DNA of 63,559 nucleotides, filler included, from Octopus bimaculoides (taxonomy: Eukaryota): assembly GCF_001194135.2 (NCBI RefSeq). It is 5 parts of 5 records of this genome, joined end to end, with 100 filler letters (N's around TTAATTAATTAA, not from the genome) between each part and the next. Parts side by side here need not be neighbours in the genome. Positions count along the whole stretch, not along the records: positions 34,647 to 63,559 come from NC_068992.1; 4 more parts are not named here. One strand, written 5' to 3'. Shown here piece by piece: positions 35,803 to 50,271 of this stretch; position 1 is the stretch's first letter, and the number at the start of each line of letters is the position of its first letter. The notes beneath the pieces were generated by a model. It ran no database searches. It was not told where the DNA came from and saw nothing but the letters and a program-made list of their open reading frames with translations. Position numbers and translations under genes: made by a program.

Positions 35803-38800
35803 GAGTAGTGAGGAACCAAGTGTTATCCACTACTGTTTCCATGTCTACCCAGGAGCTGATTGAAAACTTCTGATAATGTCCCAGCTATGGGATAAACAGC
35901 CGTTGAATTACTGTGAGTGAAATACCCCTACTTCTTTTAAAAACATACTTCTAGATAAAGGCAAGCCCGTATAGGAGAGCTGAAGTGCAGTCGTTTTCTG
36001 GTCGTCGCAACCTCTGTTGTGCTACCAGCTTTATATGTGATTGCGCTGAAATGTGGGATCGGTGCTGTGCTGCACTTTACTCGCTAAAAAACAAACAAAA
36101 AAGAGTCACGCACAAGAAATCCTTAAACTCCCTGAACATGTGCTTGGCATTACTACTGAGTTTAGGAAGTCGTCATACTCGATGAGCTGACTTCCATCTA
36201 TGTACGCATGTGTGTTTATCTTTATCTGAAAACAATCCGCATGTATTGATATATTTATTAATATATTTCTTAAAGAATGTCGTATATTTCCTGAAATTTG
36301 GTTTGTGTAAATAGCCGGGCTTTGTGATTCATATTCATATCGTGAGTTCAAATGTTGACTTGATTAAATTTATTTTTCATATTTCAGGTGTGATATCCGA
36401 ATGCATTTGCTCATGGACATATATTGATTCACTACCCTTCCTTTTATTTCATTAATCTGACATTAAACGTTTGTAAATAATATTTTCTATCTTCTTATAT
36501 TTCCTTACGAAGAAAACAAATCGAATAAAACATATCTTAAGCGTGTAACTGCATTTATATATGCATGCCTAGGCTTGGATTTTTGTAAAAGACTAGCTTT
36601 GGTTTTAGGTTCAAATCTCGTCTCTCCACGTTACTAACACTATTCATCATAAAGTTCTTCATCTTGAGTTATTACTGCTTAGCATTTGTGCCTTCTCAGA
36701 CGTTGCTAATAAGATGTTAAGATTAGAAACTAATTAAGCAAGACATCTTATCCGACGCTTTAATAATTCGATCAATCCACCGTCTTGGATTGATATTCGT
36801 TATGCCCCCTATATCAAGACACCTGAGCTTGTCCTTTGATTATACAACTGGCATAAAGCTACCCCTCACCCAAATACTTTCACTTAATAGGGTAAGGTTT
36901 GCCTTTTCCTTTCCCCCTCTTCTTGTCTGTCTTGTAAGTTACATGGCAGCATCATCAGCGCCGTGACGGTCAAAAATCACGCAGTACACTCTGTAAAATG
37001 ACTGGCAAAAGGGAGGGCACCCATTTGAGCTTTACGTATTCCCGCAGCTCGCCGGTTCCCTCCCAAATCGTCCAGTCTATGCCAGCATGGAAACGGACGT
37101 TAAATGATGATGATAATGATGACGATATCAGCGAAAGAATATAATGCATGGCTGAAGAATGTAGTATTTGAAGTCGGTGGGTAGTAGTCAGAACCTATAC
37201 CTCTGACAATTTGTCGCATTAAGTAACGCTTTTATGTATGTAAGCATGTATGTAAGTATGCATGTATGTATATATGTACGTATATTTGTATGTATGTATG
37301 TATGCATGTATGTATGTATGTATGTATGCATGTATGTATGTATGTAAAACATACATTTTATAATGTATACTGCGACTATCAGCTAGGTCTACTGTTATTT
37401 ATCGCCACCAAACTAATCACGAATGCAGTGCCGCAGAAAGTGTCCCCATTACAAATGCTTCATACATTTAAAAATGCAAAATATTTGGTGCAGAATATAT
37501 GAAAGTGATGTACTTTGAATTCAATGTGATTAAGGTATGAATCATGTTACGACAGTTTCAGAAATTGTATTCTGTTAAAACTTTAATAACTCAAAAAACT
37601 TGTTTCGAAATGCTCACGTTCGTGAAATTGAATTATTTTCACAATGATATGAAGCAATAAATTCTTTACCTTCCAGCTGGTAGTATATTGTCAGAAGTAC
37701 AACACAAATGTAAGGCCACATTTAGTACGTAGATCCGCATGTTGACATGCAGATTTACTCGTAAAAAGAAGAGTAGTCTACACATGAATAGATTAATATC
37801 AAAACATGACAAAAACAGACCATTAAGATAGGGACCTCTTACAGTACATGATCATTCATGCATTGTATGAATTTTCGAGGCGCATGTTACTAGTAAACTG
37901 CAATACACTCACTGACATATAGGTCCGTAATGAATTCATTATTCAAGAATAAGCGTAACATACTAAAAAAGCACTCAGCCACAAAACTGAAAATTGTTCT
38001 TGGTTCTACACAGTCAGCAAAAAATATAAGCGTAACACGAAACAACACAACGTAACTCGAAACATAACGGTCGAGATTAAAGCAATACACAATATAGAAT
38101 CAAAGTCATTCGTAAGGACAAATGAATAAATCAGGGGAACAAATGAAAATAATAAGCAAAAAACAACAAACAAGCAAGAATACTAAAAACCCTTTCCTTT
38201 TCTACAGAAAGAAGTAGCAGGACATGAAATGCGAAAAGTGATGGACAAGAAATTGACGCCAAGTATATATTTGTGTATTGTCATATAGAGAATATGATCT
38301 TGTCAAGGCATGTTTTATGATACAGTTTAAAGAAAGAGATTGTTTCTTCCAATAAACTGGAAATTGTGAAACAAATATCATCAAAACCAAGTAAACGTTT
38401 ACGTCAGAGAGGAAGACATATACAAACAAAAAAACCAAATCCAATAAATAGACAGGGAGAAACATTACATTCTGTAGAAATATGATAGATTAGAAAGACA
38501 GATGACACATGAGACGCAATCAGGAAATCATTCTAGAATTTTCTCTTCTAGATCAATAACATCAAGTGATAATACATTGCAGTATTTTTATTTAAAATAT
38601 ATCAGGGGCTCACCTCAATGTGTTCAAATGTCCTTCACTGGAATCAACATACGGCTAAAAGTGCTGCTAGAATCAATGTCTTTCTGAGAATTTTTTTTTT
38701 TTTTGTTAAATGATTTATGTGCTGTGGTAGTCAAGAGTAGATACCCTTTCAACATTTCGATCGTAACTCAGATGCATATCCATGGTGTTACAGCTCAACG

Positions 38801-39102
38801 GACAGGGAGATGCACCAGTGTTCAGCCAGTACAGCTGCACAGATTGAAACAGCGTGAAATGAAGGACACAACGCAGTGTCTGCTCCAGTAATTGAATACA
38901 TGGTCTTATGAATATGAACCGAACAATCCGACTTACGTTCCTTCATACCAGATTGTTAACAGAGGAGGAAAATATTAATGAGCACACACCGAAATTATCA
39001 AGAATGCAGAGAGGTGAAACAATTCCTAGCAAGTAATAACCGATGTAGATATTACTTAGTTGATTCTCAATTAGTGCTTTACATTGCTTAGAGAGTGAGG
39101 GC

Positions 39103-39135
<33 letters not shown>

Positions 39136-39367
39136 AGAGGGAGTAGAAGAGAAATGGAAATTTAAAAAGAGAAATGAAGGATGAGTGGAGAGACAGACAT
39201 GTAGGGTCAGAGTAAGAGGAAGAGTAGTAGAAGTAGTAGTAGTAGTAATAATAGTAGTAGTAGTAGTAGGAGGAGACGAGGTGGAGGAAGAGGAAGTGGA
39301 GGATGGGATGACAGATGGTAATGGAAATAATTATGTGAATGATAAATTTGTTTTAGTTTTATTTCAT

Positions 39368-39794
39368 TGTAAGGTTAACTTGGAGCACTGGAAAAGACGC
39401 TCTCAGTTTACAGCAACCGCTTCCCCCGCCTATACCACCTATCTAAATCGGGCCTGTATAGCCGACCACTTTGAATTGTGGACAACTTATACTATCCTTA
39501 CCTCCTGACCTAAGAATCTTTTACCTATATAATATCTGGATGGCCCGATACTGTTTTCCCTCTCGACTGTGTGACATTCGGGAATTTAGTCAGTAAACAA
39601 CTGCGCAATTTTATCAGCACTAAACACACACAGTTCTTATCAGTCTATTCAAACACAAATCAGATGTACACTCCAATCGCTTGCTGGCATTAAAGAGCTG
39701 GACGATCCTAACTAATTCTCCAGACACCTTAAGGAATCTGGCCGTCCCATTAGGACATGGACGGTGTATAGCTTAAAAGTACAACCTTGTTACA
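39368..39794 (+). mobile_element. Candidate LTR (427 bp)
   Basis: TGTAA...TTACA inverted ends, CTATATAA box near 39525, GC-richer than flanks; no TSD, and followed by leader-like sequence. Confidence 0.4.
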
Positions 39795-40847
39795 CTTTAA
39801 ACCCGGGACCACCAACTTACCAGCCGTGTCCAGAAGGATTAACCAGGTCTCGAGGATCTGGCCCTCGGAAAAAACACTGCTACGAAAGTCCCTTTCCAGG
39901 CTGAGTAACTGATTACAAAGCTAGATGCTAAAGCGTGAGTGCCGGAAATATATTTACCTCACGTATATTTACCTGAGCTGACATGTTAGTAGAAAAGAAA
40001 GAAAAAAAAAGAATCGGGCTACTTACACATCTGATGGACCGTATAGACGGACAAAATGCAGCTAAGCGTTTGCCCGGTGCGGTAACATTTCTACCATGTC
40101 TCTACCTTTGGGTCTTTGAAATATTAACAAAGACGAGGTTTGAGATCAGACACGACAATCAATACTGAACAGCTGTGAAAAAAGAAAATACGTAGATTAA
40201 ATTGTTACAGATAGAAATTACCAGATTTGCCTATAGTTGAGAACTGATGATGGACGGTGATCATCAAATTCATTCTTGAATATATATAAACCACGAGACA
40301 TATGAAATACATCATCTAGTAAAGGGTGCAAAATTCTACATTGTTTTCTGCGGAATATTACCACTGAGGTTTGCTCGAAAAATGAGCTGATAATAGTGAA
40401 ACGAAAAGAATGATTTATCTAAAGTCTAATATTTCTAAGTTCTATATTAAATGAGTATTGTTTTATGTGAGTCATGTAAATTTTGCTTTCATATGTCGGG
40501 TATCGATAAAGTATCAAACCTTCACAGACTGGGATCTGTTAAGTAAGATGTAGCACCCGACCTCAAATACGAAGCATTTTGTCTCTGAGAAATCCTTCTT
40601 CCTTTAGTTGTCTACTATCTCTTCTGCTTTTCGTCTTTCAAAAATAAAAAAAAATATATACTTAGTATAAACATTAGTAGCGACTTAGTAGTGGTAGTAG
40701 CAGCAGCAGAAGCAGAAATACTTGGGAAAAATTTGAAAACTCTAACGTAATGCGTTAGTGGTCAAATGCAACTCAAGGAATGATTTTCAACGAAACTATC
40801 CTTGGTAATCGTTATGATCAAAAGATTTAAATTATTGACATAATAAT

Positions 40848-40900
<53 letters not shown>

Positions 40901-41399
40901 TATAATAATAATAATAATAGCAATAACAATAATAATAACGACAGCAACAACAATAAAAAGATGAGAAAATGGCTAAAATAATTTATATAATAAAATTTTT
41001 TAAAGAAAAAGAACATTTTGTAATTCTTATTTGCCACGAGCTGTAGCATGTAAAGATATAGCTGTCAAATTATTTACATTAAGTTATCACTTAACGGATT
41101 AAAGAGGGCCTAATAAATCCGAAAACGACATTCTTGCAACGGAATAAAAGAAGTAAATATTAAATACGCCCTCTGGATAAAACCTCTATTGGCTTCCATC
41201 ATAGAACAAATGGTAGACAAGAGGAGAAAGTTGCTGTTTTTTTCTTTCTTTTGTATTGTTTAGCTTAGGGTGGTATTTGTATTGCTTTTATCTCGTCAGT
41301 ATTCTCTCTCGTTCAATAAAATGCCAAATAGTTTTATCGGTAATAATTTAAAGAGAGAAAATATATAAATAAATCAATGTAACACTAAACATTGATGGG

Positions 41400-44300
41400 G
41401 GAAAATAAAAGCTGAAGAAAAGAAAGAAATATTAAACGTACGATAAATCTTTATAGGCCCATGGATGCTAAAATTGTAAAACATTATGGCTTACTTTAAT
41501 AGTTTTTCCGAAATAAAAAATGATATATACAATTTTATCGATTGTTTATCAAGTTATTTAGGATTTTCTTTCGATAACGAAAATTCGATTAAGTGTGTGT
41601 GACTATTTTTGTGCTTTTTATTGAGAGGAAGCTTTTAATTGCATTGATCTTTGTAGTATTGTGTATTTGAGTAATGTTCGTCTCTATAAAATAACTAGCC
41701 TTCAAAATAATGAATGAACCACGACAGTTTGACAGAAACTCCTATCCACATGAGATGCGCTCTTGTTTAGTTATTTGTATGTCGTTATTAGAGATGTTAG
41801 ATAATAAACTTAAATAAAGAAAGGAAATCAATGTATTCTATTCACCTCTCGTCTACAAATTCCTCCTGTTTACAAGACATATAATGAACTTCAAATCCAA
41901 CTTAAACATTGAAATAAAATTGTGCTTTATACAGAAAAAAGATGTGCTTCATAGAAGAAAAAAATAAGGTGATGTATTTAAGCAATCCCAGTGTCATTAT
42001 TATCATACTATATTTTCCTAATAAGATTTATGTGAACTGGTCAACAGGTCTATAATTTAATGATGTCCAAAGAAGTATTTACTCCATTGAACTGGAAAGC
42101 TTAACTCAATGCTTCCAAAATTGTCGTTTTCTTTCGATTCTGTAGTTCTGAAAACACACTCTAATGCACACACACATCCATAAATCCATTCATATAAACA
42201 TTGATACAGACAAGCATGCATACATGTATACTATTTTGAAACAACATCGTTTCTATATGTCTTTAAGGGGTCCTCACTCTCAGAAATTGTAATAGAAACT
42301 ACTTATAATGTTTCTTGAAGAAAATCATTCGAATAAGATATAGTTTATAATATTCAACTTTGATATAGAATGTGACATCCTAATATATTGCACTAGATTG
42401 TAAGTGAGGAATTACCATTTTGGGGACATTATCATACAATACACACGAAACAATAACTTGTTATGTAAAATAAGAACACAAAAACAATGGGAAATATATG
42501 CGGCTGAAATGAGGAGATTATTTTGTTGAACACGTATCTACGACTTCATTTGGGATTAGTTTCCGGTAAAGAAAGCATAAGTAAATCCATCTTGTTAATC
42601 TTTTAAATTGGACAAGTATCAATATAATATGAGAATAAGAACTCTCTATATAGAGTGTATCAAGTACTACAGACAAAGGTTTTATCGCTCAATTTTACAT
42701 TGTTGAAGCTATAAGGAAAGTTAAAAGAAGTGTATGGAAAATGGCGGAATATTTGCAGTACAGATCGTTAACGATCTGACAATATTCGTGACTACGATAA
42801 CAAAGCTGAGATTTCCTTAAGCTTTGCTCATTTGTGCGAACTATATTAATTCTAAATATCACTTGTTTTTAAACAACTGACATTTCTTGATTTAGATTCT
42901 TGATAGACGTAGGTACATCATAAAACATTACTCATTTATTCAACAGGTGAAAATTTTGATTGTGTCTTCAGTGAAAGGTAAAATATATCAACTTGATACT
43001 CTAATATTAATTTTGATAAACGAATTTGATACATGTTAGATACTAGCAGAAACAAGATTTAGGTAGATTACTCGGACTGTGCTTAACATTTGACCACTTC
43101 CTACTTAGATATTGCACATATATTAATTAAAATGTCATTATCAAAATTCAGATTTCGATAAAGAAATTATATATATATGTGGGGGAATAGGTGCGCACCG
43201 CACATGTATCACATTTTCCTATACATCTCCAATTCTCGGTACACACATGTAAAAATACACACATATTCACGCACACACACACATACATATTTATGTATGT
43301 CGTTGTTATAGTTTTATCTCAAGATTTATTGAGAAAGAATCAGTTTCTAACCTAGATCCAAGAGTCAGTCATTGGAATTTCAACATCAACAACATGGTAT
43401 TTTTTTGTATGTATGAATGTAGGTGTGAATGTATGTATGTATGTATGTATGTATGTATCTATCTATCTATCCATATATATNNNNNNNNNNNNNNNNNNNN
43501 NNNNNNNNNNNNNNNNNNNNNNNNNNNNNNNNNNNNNNNNNNNNNNNNNNNNNNNNNNNNNNNNNNNNNNNNNNNNNNNNNNNNNNNNNNNNNNNNNNNN
43601 NNNNNNNNNNNNNNNNNNNNNNNNNNNNNNNNNNNNNNNNNNNNNNNNNNNNNNNNNNNNNNNNNNNNNNNNNNNNNNNNNNNNNNNNNNNNNNNNNNNN
43701 NNNNNNNNNNNNNNNNNNNNNNNNNNNNNNNNNNNNNNNNNNNNNNNNNNNNNNNNNNNNNNNNNNNNNNNNNNNNNNNNNNNNNNNNNNNNNNNNNNNN
43801 NNNNNNNNNNNNNNNNNNNNNNNNNNNNNNNNNNNNNNNNNNNNNNNNNNNNNNNNNNNNNNNNNNNNNNNNNNNNNNNNNNNNNNNNNNNNNNNNNNNN
43901 NNNNNNNNNNNNNNNNNNNNNNNNNNNNNNNNNNNNNNNNNNNNNNNNNNNNNNNNNNNNNNNNNNNNNNNNNNNNNNNNNNNNNNNNNNNNNNNNNNNN
44001 NNNNNNNNNNNNNNNNNNNNNNNNNNNNNNNNNNNNNNNNNNNNNNNNNNNNNNNNNNNNNNNNNNNNNNNNNNNNNNNNNNNNNNNNNNNNNNNNNNNN
44101 NNNNNNNNNNNNNNNNNNNNNNNNNNNNNNNNNNNNNNNNNNNNNNNNNNNNNNNNNNNNNNNNNNNNNNNNNNNNNNNNNNNNNNNNNNNNNNNNNNNN
44201 NNNNNNNNNNNNNNNNNNNNNNNNNNNNNNNNNNNNNNNNNNNNNNNNNNNNNNNNNNNNNNNNNNNNNNNNNNNNNNNNNNNNNNNNNNNNNNNNNNNN

Positions 44301-44477
44301 NNNNNNNNNNNNNNNNNNNNNNNNNNNNNNNNNNNNNNNNNNNNNNNNNNNNNNNNNNNNNNNNNNNNNNNNNNNNNNNNNNNNNNNNNNNNNNNNNNNN
44401 NNNNNNNNNNNNNNNNNNNNNNNNNNNNNNNNNNNNNNNNNNNNNNNNNNNNNNNNNNNNNNNNNNNNNNNNNNNNN

Positions 44478-44520
<43 letters not shown>

Positions 44521-44847
44521 CGCAGTCCCCGATACTAGATCTGTGTCTTTGATGCTAACACATCCCCAAAAAGAGCCAGTTGGATGTGTTAGCATTAAAG
44601 TCAAAGATTTAGTAACTGGGATAGCGATGATATATGACCTGAGTAGATACAACTGGATCCCATTATACAGGTAAACTGTTGCTTAATATTGGCTAATATT
44701 GGGTAATTCTGAGTGTGAACGAGCTTTATACTGTACTCTGCCATGTTCCTAACGGAATATCCCATAACTATACCTACGCGCCCGCGTGCAGACACACACT
44801 CACATATAAACACACACGAATACACACACAGACACAAGTACACACAG

Positions 44848-44885
<38 letters not shown>

Positions 44886-45800
44886 GAAATTACTCTTATC
44901 TTTAAAACCATATCTTTATGAGCCACATTATTAAAATTACATTCTAGGAAACGCCGCAGAGAAGGAGATGTGTAGAGAAGAGCATATGCCGCGCTATTGT
45001 ACGATTAATACCCTTTGGATATATCTTCCAATTAGCCTTTCCAAAATTAAACTTATCTATTTGTTCATATAAATATTATTTAGTAGAAAATCTTGCAGAA
45101 AACAGGTAGCCATTTTGATTCTCGGTAGTGTTATATATATATCATAATGCTAACGCCGTTGGAGAACTCATTTCTCTCAGAGTATCGTATTTCACTTACT
45201 CCTAAAATAAAGCATACCATGCACGGCTTTGCAGCTTTTAGAATTTTCTTTCTGGAATCGGTCTTTGGAAATCAAACCCTGCGGCAGTTATCAATTTTAT
45301 GGTTATAGAATTGACAAAGTACGTGTGTATCAATATCAGATGTAGGACATATTCATTCCTCTGTTACTAATTATTTGTTTCCATTGCAATATATAAATTG
45401 TAATTGTTGAAAGTAAGAATTTTCTGCTACCATAATGCATTTTATATTCAGTACGTTTTAGTTGTACTACCCGCTGATCAAAGAAAAATACTTTATGCAT
45501 ACCTGACATATCTGACAATTTCCATTAAAATATATTTTTACTGATTATAAAATTATTTCAGTTCTTGATCTCTTTCGTTTCGTTACCATTTATGTTTATT
45601 TCTGATTTATTATTATTATTATTATCATATTTTTCTTTGTCTTTGGTACTTGTCTCAAACGTTCAATTCTTCAAAATCAATTTACTACTTTGCGAATTAT
45701 TTTTAAATACTTGGAAATGTTTTTTAAAAATATATAAAAATGATCACTAAACAAATAAGAAACACTGTTTTTACTATTTTGCATTTTATAAAAACCTAGC
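41400..45800 (+). pseudogene. Decayed Toll-like receptor (LRR-LRRCT-TM-TIR), copy 1
   Basis: Ordered motifs across shifting frames: TSLQNNE (41694), SLLEMLDNKLK (41782), LGTLSYN (42420), FKQLTFLDLDS (42868), GENFDC (42946), VAILILGSVIYIS*C*RRWRTHF (~45106-45175), *DIFI (45343), ISDNF and KIISVL (~45510-45570). Many stops and frameshifts. Confidence 0.5.
44519..44628. repeat. Imperfect ~47-bp inverted repeat with 16-nt loop
   Basis: 44519-44565 pairs with 44582-44628 (GATGCTAACACATCC / GGATGTGTTAGCATT core). Confidence 0.75.
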
Positions 45801-48388
45801 TGCGTTTGAAGCAACTTTTCACAGATCTTAAAATTGTTTTTTTTTCGCAATTATTATGAATGTAAGCGAAACAGAAATCAAATCCGTAATACAAACATAA
45901 AAAGACGCATCTCAAATTATAGCAATTACGTAAAATAAGATGAGTATGTAAGTGGTAGCAAGACGCCAGTTAACTGACCCAACAAGGCAGGTTCGATATC
46001 TGGCTGTAGTATCTGTCATTCTTTACATTCCAAAGAGGTATGTACCGCATGAATTACCTGCCGAAGTTCTCACATGAGGTGGTCACTTAACTAATGTATA
46101 ATTGTAAGTTTCTTCATTCTGTATTTGACCAAAAAACTTTGGAGCCTGCAAGAATCCATGTTCTTGTTGGCACATAGCAGTGGCAACGTTTTGGTATCCC
46201 TTACAATGATTTATATAATTTAGGGGGCGTTATTACTATTATAACATTTAAGTCATTCGTATCTGCAAATCTGTTTCTGTTCTGGCTATTATTATACATT
46301 ACTGGTACGAAATTCTACATTGCTATCATGCCATGGCCATTAAAGATATTTAATTGCATGTTTCAATGAGTGATGGCAAATGTTTTATGTAAATAAAACA
46401 ATTTTGCTTTGTGACAGAAAAGAAATCGCAACCTGATCTGCATTTCGTATAATCCTTATACGAAATGCAGTCAATCACGAGACAGTGGATCCTGAATGAT
46501 ATTTTTGTTTACGCTAAACATATAAAATACTACATTTTCAAGTAATAATGAAAACAGGAATAGCATTGTTTAACAACTTTAGTGGCATTAGCAGCTTAAT
46601 TAAAAGAAGATTGCTCCGCTGCTTTAAGACACCTCTTAGATAAATCGGTTTACCATACGTTAAATTCTTATTACTGCTTCGTGCTTAATTCAGTAATGCC
46701 TTTCGTGTTAATTAATATATAAGTAGCGTCAGAGGATTCAGGTAAATGTTGCTGAGAGATGGGGTATGTCTGAGAATCATACTCATTGACTTTAACGTAA
46801 TCGTGACACATCATAAATCATTATGCATATATAGGGATTAACGAGCATTAATATGCTAAGAAATGACGTGCGATGAATAACTGCCATATTTTCCTTAAGT
46901 CGTACATTGCTGTCTTGTTTTTTGAAATACAGTTGAAAATATTCTAGGAAGCATGTATCTGAGTAAAAGGGATATCACCCACAGAACTGTATTTGCTAAT
47001 AGATATTTTCGTTCCATTTTGACATTACGGGAAATATCCCCAGATAAGATATACTCGGTTACTAGAATAACTGATGTACTAAACCTAATAACTAAAATTA
47101 ACATTGCACAATTATCCATGGAGAAGAACATCATTAACTTAATAAATCTGGTAAAAGTGTGTGTGTGTATGTGCGTGGAGGTAAGATACCATGAAACGTT
47201 TAACAATAGAAATCAAACGATACATGAAATATAGTGAGTGTTTACCTTCATATTTAATACATGATAACACTGGTACTGTATTGAGGTTCTTAGTTTGCAT
47301 GAGTGAAATATAGGTCAACCCTTGCAGAACATACAATAGTGGGGGATAAACGGTTTTTTGTTTGTTTGTTTGGTATATGAGAATTGGATGTTTTAGTCAC
47401 TTTTCAAAAACATATAGGTATAATACACGGTTAAGTTAAAATATAAAACTTGAATAGTAGAGTAGGTCAGTGACACACATTTAACGCAGAATCTCAATCA
47501 GCGAGCTACAAATAATAGACACAATTCTCCTATACCTCACGATGTTGTCCTAAATATATATATATATATTGGATAACCTCATCCTGGAAATAATAAGCGA
47601 TAAAATATAATGGTATAGGCACGACTGTAACGCTGATTGAATTGTCGCATTCGAATTCCTTACAAGTACGCTTTTTGACCGTGCGTGTAAGGAATCCGAA
47701 AGCAGCGATTCTGCACGAAGCAGACGCAAAAATATTTAGAAATATGAGAACAAAATATTCACTCAAATACCAACGAAGAACGGCAAGCAGTAGTACCTGA
47801 CATAAACAAACACAAATTCAATTCCGCTATCTAAAAGTCATTTGAACCATGTAATGCAAGACGCAGCTACATCTGACAGACAATTGAATTAAACTATTTC
47901 TCAAACATTACTTTCGAAAATATACATTATGTATGTATGTATGTGTGTATGTATGTATATATGCCTCTATGTATGTATATTTATATANNNNNNNNNNNNN
48001 NNNNNNNNNNNNNNNNNNNNNNNNNNNNNNNNNNNNNNNNNNNNNNNNNNNNNNNNNNNNNNNNNNNNNNNNNNNNNNNNNNNNNNNNNNNNNNNNNNNN
48101 NNNNNNNNNNNNNNNNNNNNNNNNNNNNNNNNNNNNNNNNNNNNNNNNNNNNNNNNNNNNNNNNNNNNNNNNNNNNNNNNNNNNNNNNNNNNNNNNNNNN
48201 NNNNNNNNNNNNNNNNNNNNNNNNNNNNNNNNNNNNNNNNNNNNNNNNNNNNNNNNNNNNNNNNNNNNNNNNNNNNNNNNNNNNNNNNNNNNNNNNNNNN
48301 NNNNNNNNNNNNNNNNNNNNNNNNNNNNNNNNNNNNNNNNNNNNNNNNNNNNNNNNNNNNNNNNNNNNNNNNNNNNNNNNNNNNNNNN

Positions 48389-48441
<53 letters not shown>

Positions 48442-49481
48442 TACATATATACAAATATATATGCATGAGTATATATATCTGTGTATATATATATATGATA
48501 TATATATGTATATATATAATATAGATACACATATATGTATACATATATATATATATATATATATATATGCATAAATATATCTATGTATACACATATACTA
48601 GGATATATATAAGTAAATATATATACACACATGCATATGGAAGAATACTTTATATATATCTAAGGATCGCAGAAGTCTGAATGTAAACATCGTGAGCATT
48701 TTCAATTCAATAAAATATTTCCCAAAGTTTGTAATTAGCGAAAGTCATGTAAATTGGTAATTTCCAAAACTTTACTTGTGTAGCGTTTCAGTCAGGAACT
48801 TAGAAGAACTGCATCTTATAGAAACTATTAATACCGAAGACGGCAACCATAGAAATCAAATAATACGCGTGCTGCTAACGAGTGCAATATAATGGAAATT
48901 TACCTGCTACTAAATTCATTAATTATAGAAATCTTACAGTAAACTGTTGTCTGTATAGTCAGTATATTATCTAAATCAAATGTATTTGCCTCAAACACCC
49001 AATATTACACACACACGCCCATAGATACATGATTACTCTTACACAAAACGTGCATGTTCTATATACTGTTTGTTATACGTTTGACTAACACGTAACTCGG
49101 CGAGCTGGTACAATCTTTAGCTAGTTGGACAAAATGCTTCGCGGTATTTCTTCCTGTTTTTACGTTTTGAGTTCAAATTTCGTAGGAGGCGACTTTGCTG
49201 TTCATGCTTTGAAAGTTAATAAAATAAATACTAGGTAGGCACTGTAACTGGTGTATTTGTGCTAGCCTTCTGCTAAAACTGGAAACTGTATATATCACGC
49301 ACACTCATATACATACGTATGCATATATGCGTGAGTGAGTGTGTGTGAAATCACGCGCGCGCCTGTATGCATGTGTGCGTGCACACACGCCTAAATTTCA
49401 GTGATTGAAATCATATGAGTATAACTTGAATGCAGTAAGTATACCTTCAAATTTGGAAACAATGTCATTGAAAGGTATCTG

Positions 49482-49516
<35 letters not shown>

Positions 49517-50271
49517 NNNNNNNNNNNNNNNNNNNNNNNNNNNNNNNNNNNNNNNNNNNNNNNNNNNNNNNNNNNNNNNNNNNNNNNNNNNNNNNNNNNN
49601 NNNNNNNNNNNNNNNNNNNNNNNNNNNNNNNNNNNNNNNNNNNNNNNNNNNNNNNNNNNNNNNNNNNNNNNNNNNNNNNNNNNNNNNNNNNNNNNNNNNN
49701 NNNNNNNNNNNNNNNNNNNNNNNNNNNNNNNNNNNNNNNNNNNNNNNNNNNNNNNNNNNNNNNNNNNNNNNNNNNNNNNNNNNNNNNNNNTATATATATC
49801 TATATATATATATATATATATATATGAAACAGGAAAACTTCAATGTTACTTCAAATTTACCCCCAGAAAACATTTCGGACTTCAATACTTTACTCTTGAC
49901 ATATACAGCAGAAATGACTGTATTCCACTCTACAACACAGACATTTTTGAAGGAACACTCAAACTATCTGCGTATAACGAGGCAAAAAAAAATCAGAATG
50001 AATTCATAACTTCCTTCACTAACAGTTTAATTATAAGTACAACACTGAATTTCAGACACAAATTAACATTCTAAGACCTGACGTAATTATATTATCATGC
50101 ATTACGTAACGCCAAATAATTATCTAGCTGTTACAATATCGATTTCTGATTGATGAAACGCTTCATCGAATACTCTATGATAATGTTAACATATCTAAGT
50201 ATATTTAACATGTAAGGGAATATTCTAAATTACTGCCTTTGTATGTTTAAAATTCTTTTCACTAACAATTC

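Noticed and set aside
38205-38485. Two lysine-rich open stretches with acceptor-like sites
   Set aside because: Splice phases do not join convincingly and there is no recognisable homology.
46895-47206. Minus-strand ORF with a TM4-like VLWVISLLL
   Set aside because: Probably the hydrophobic antisense shadow of the + strand LRR-like frame; no other GPCR motifs nearby.
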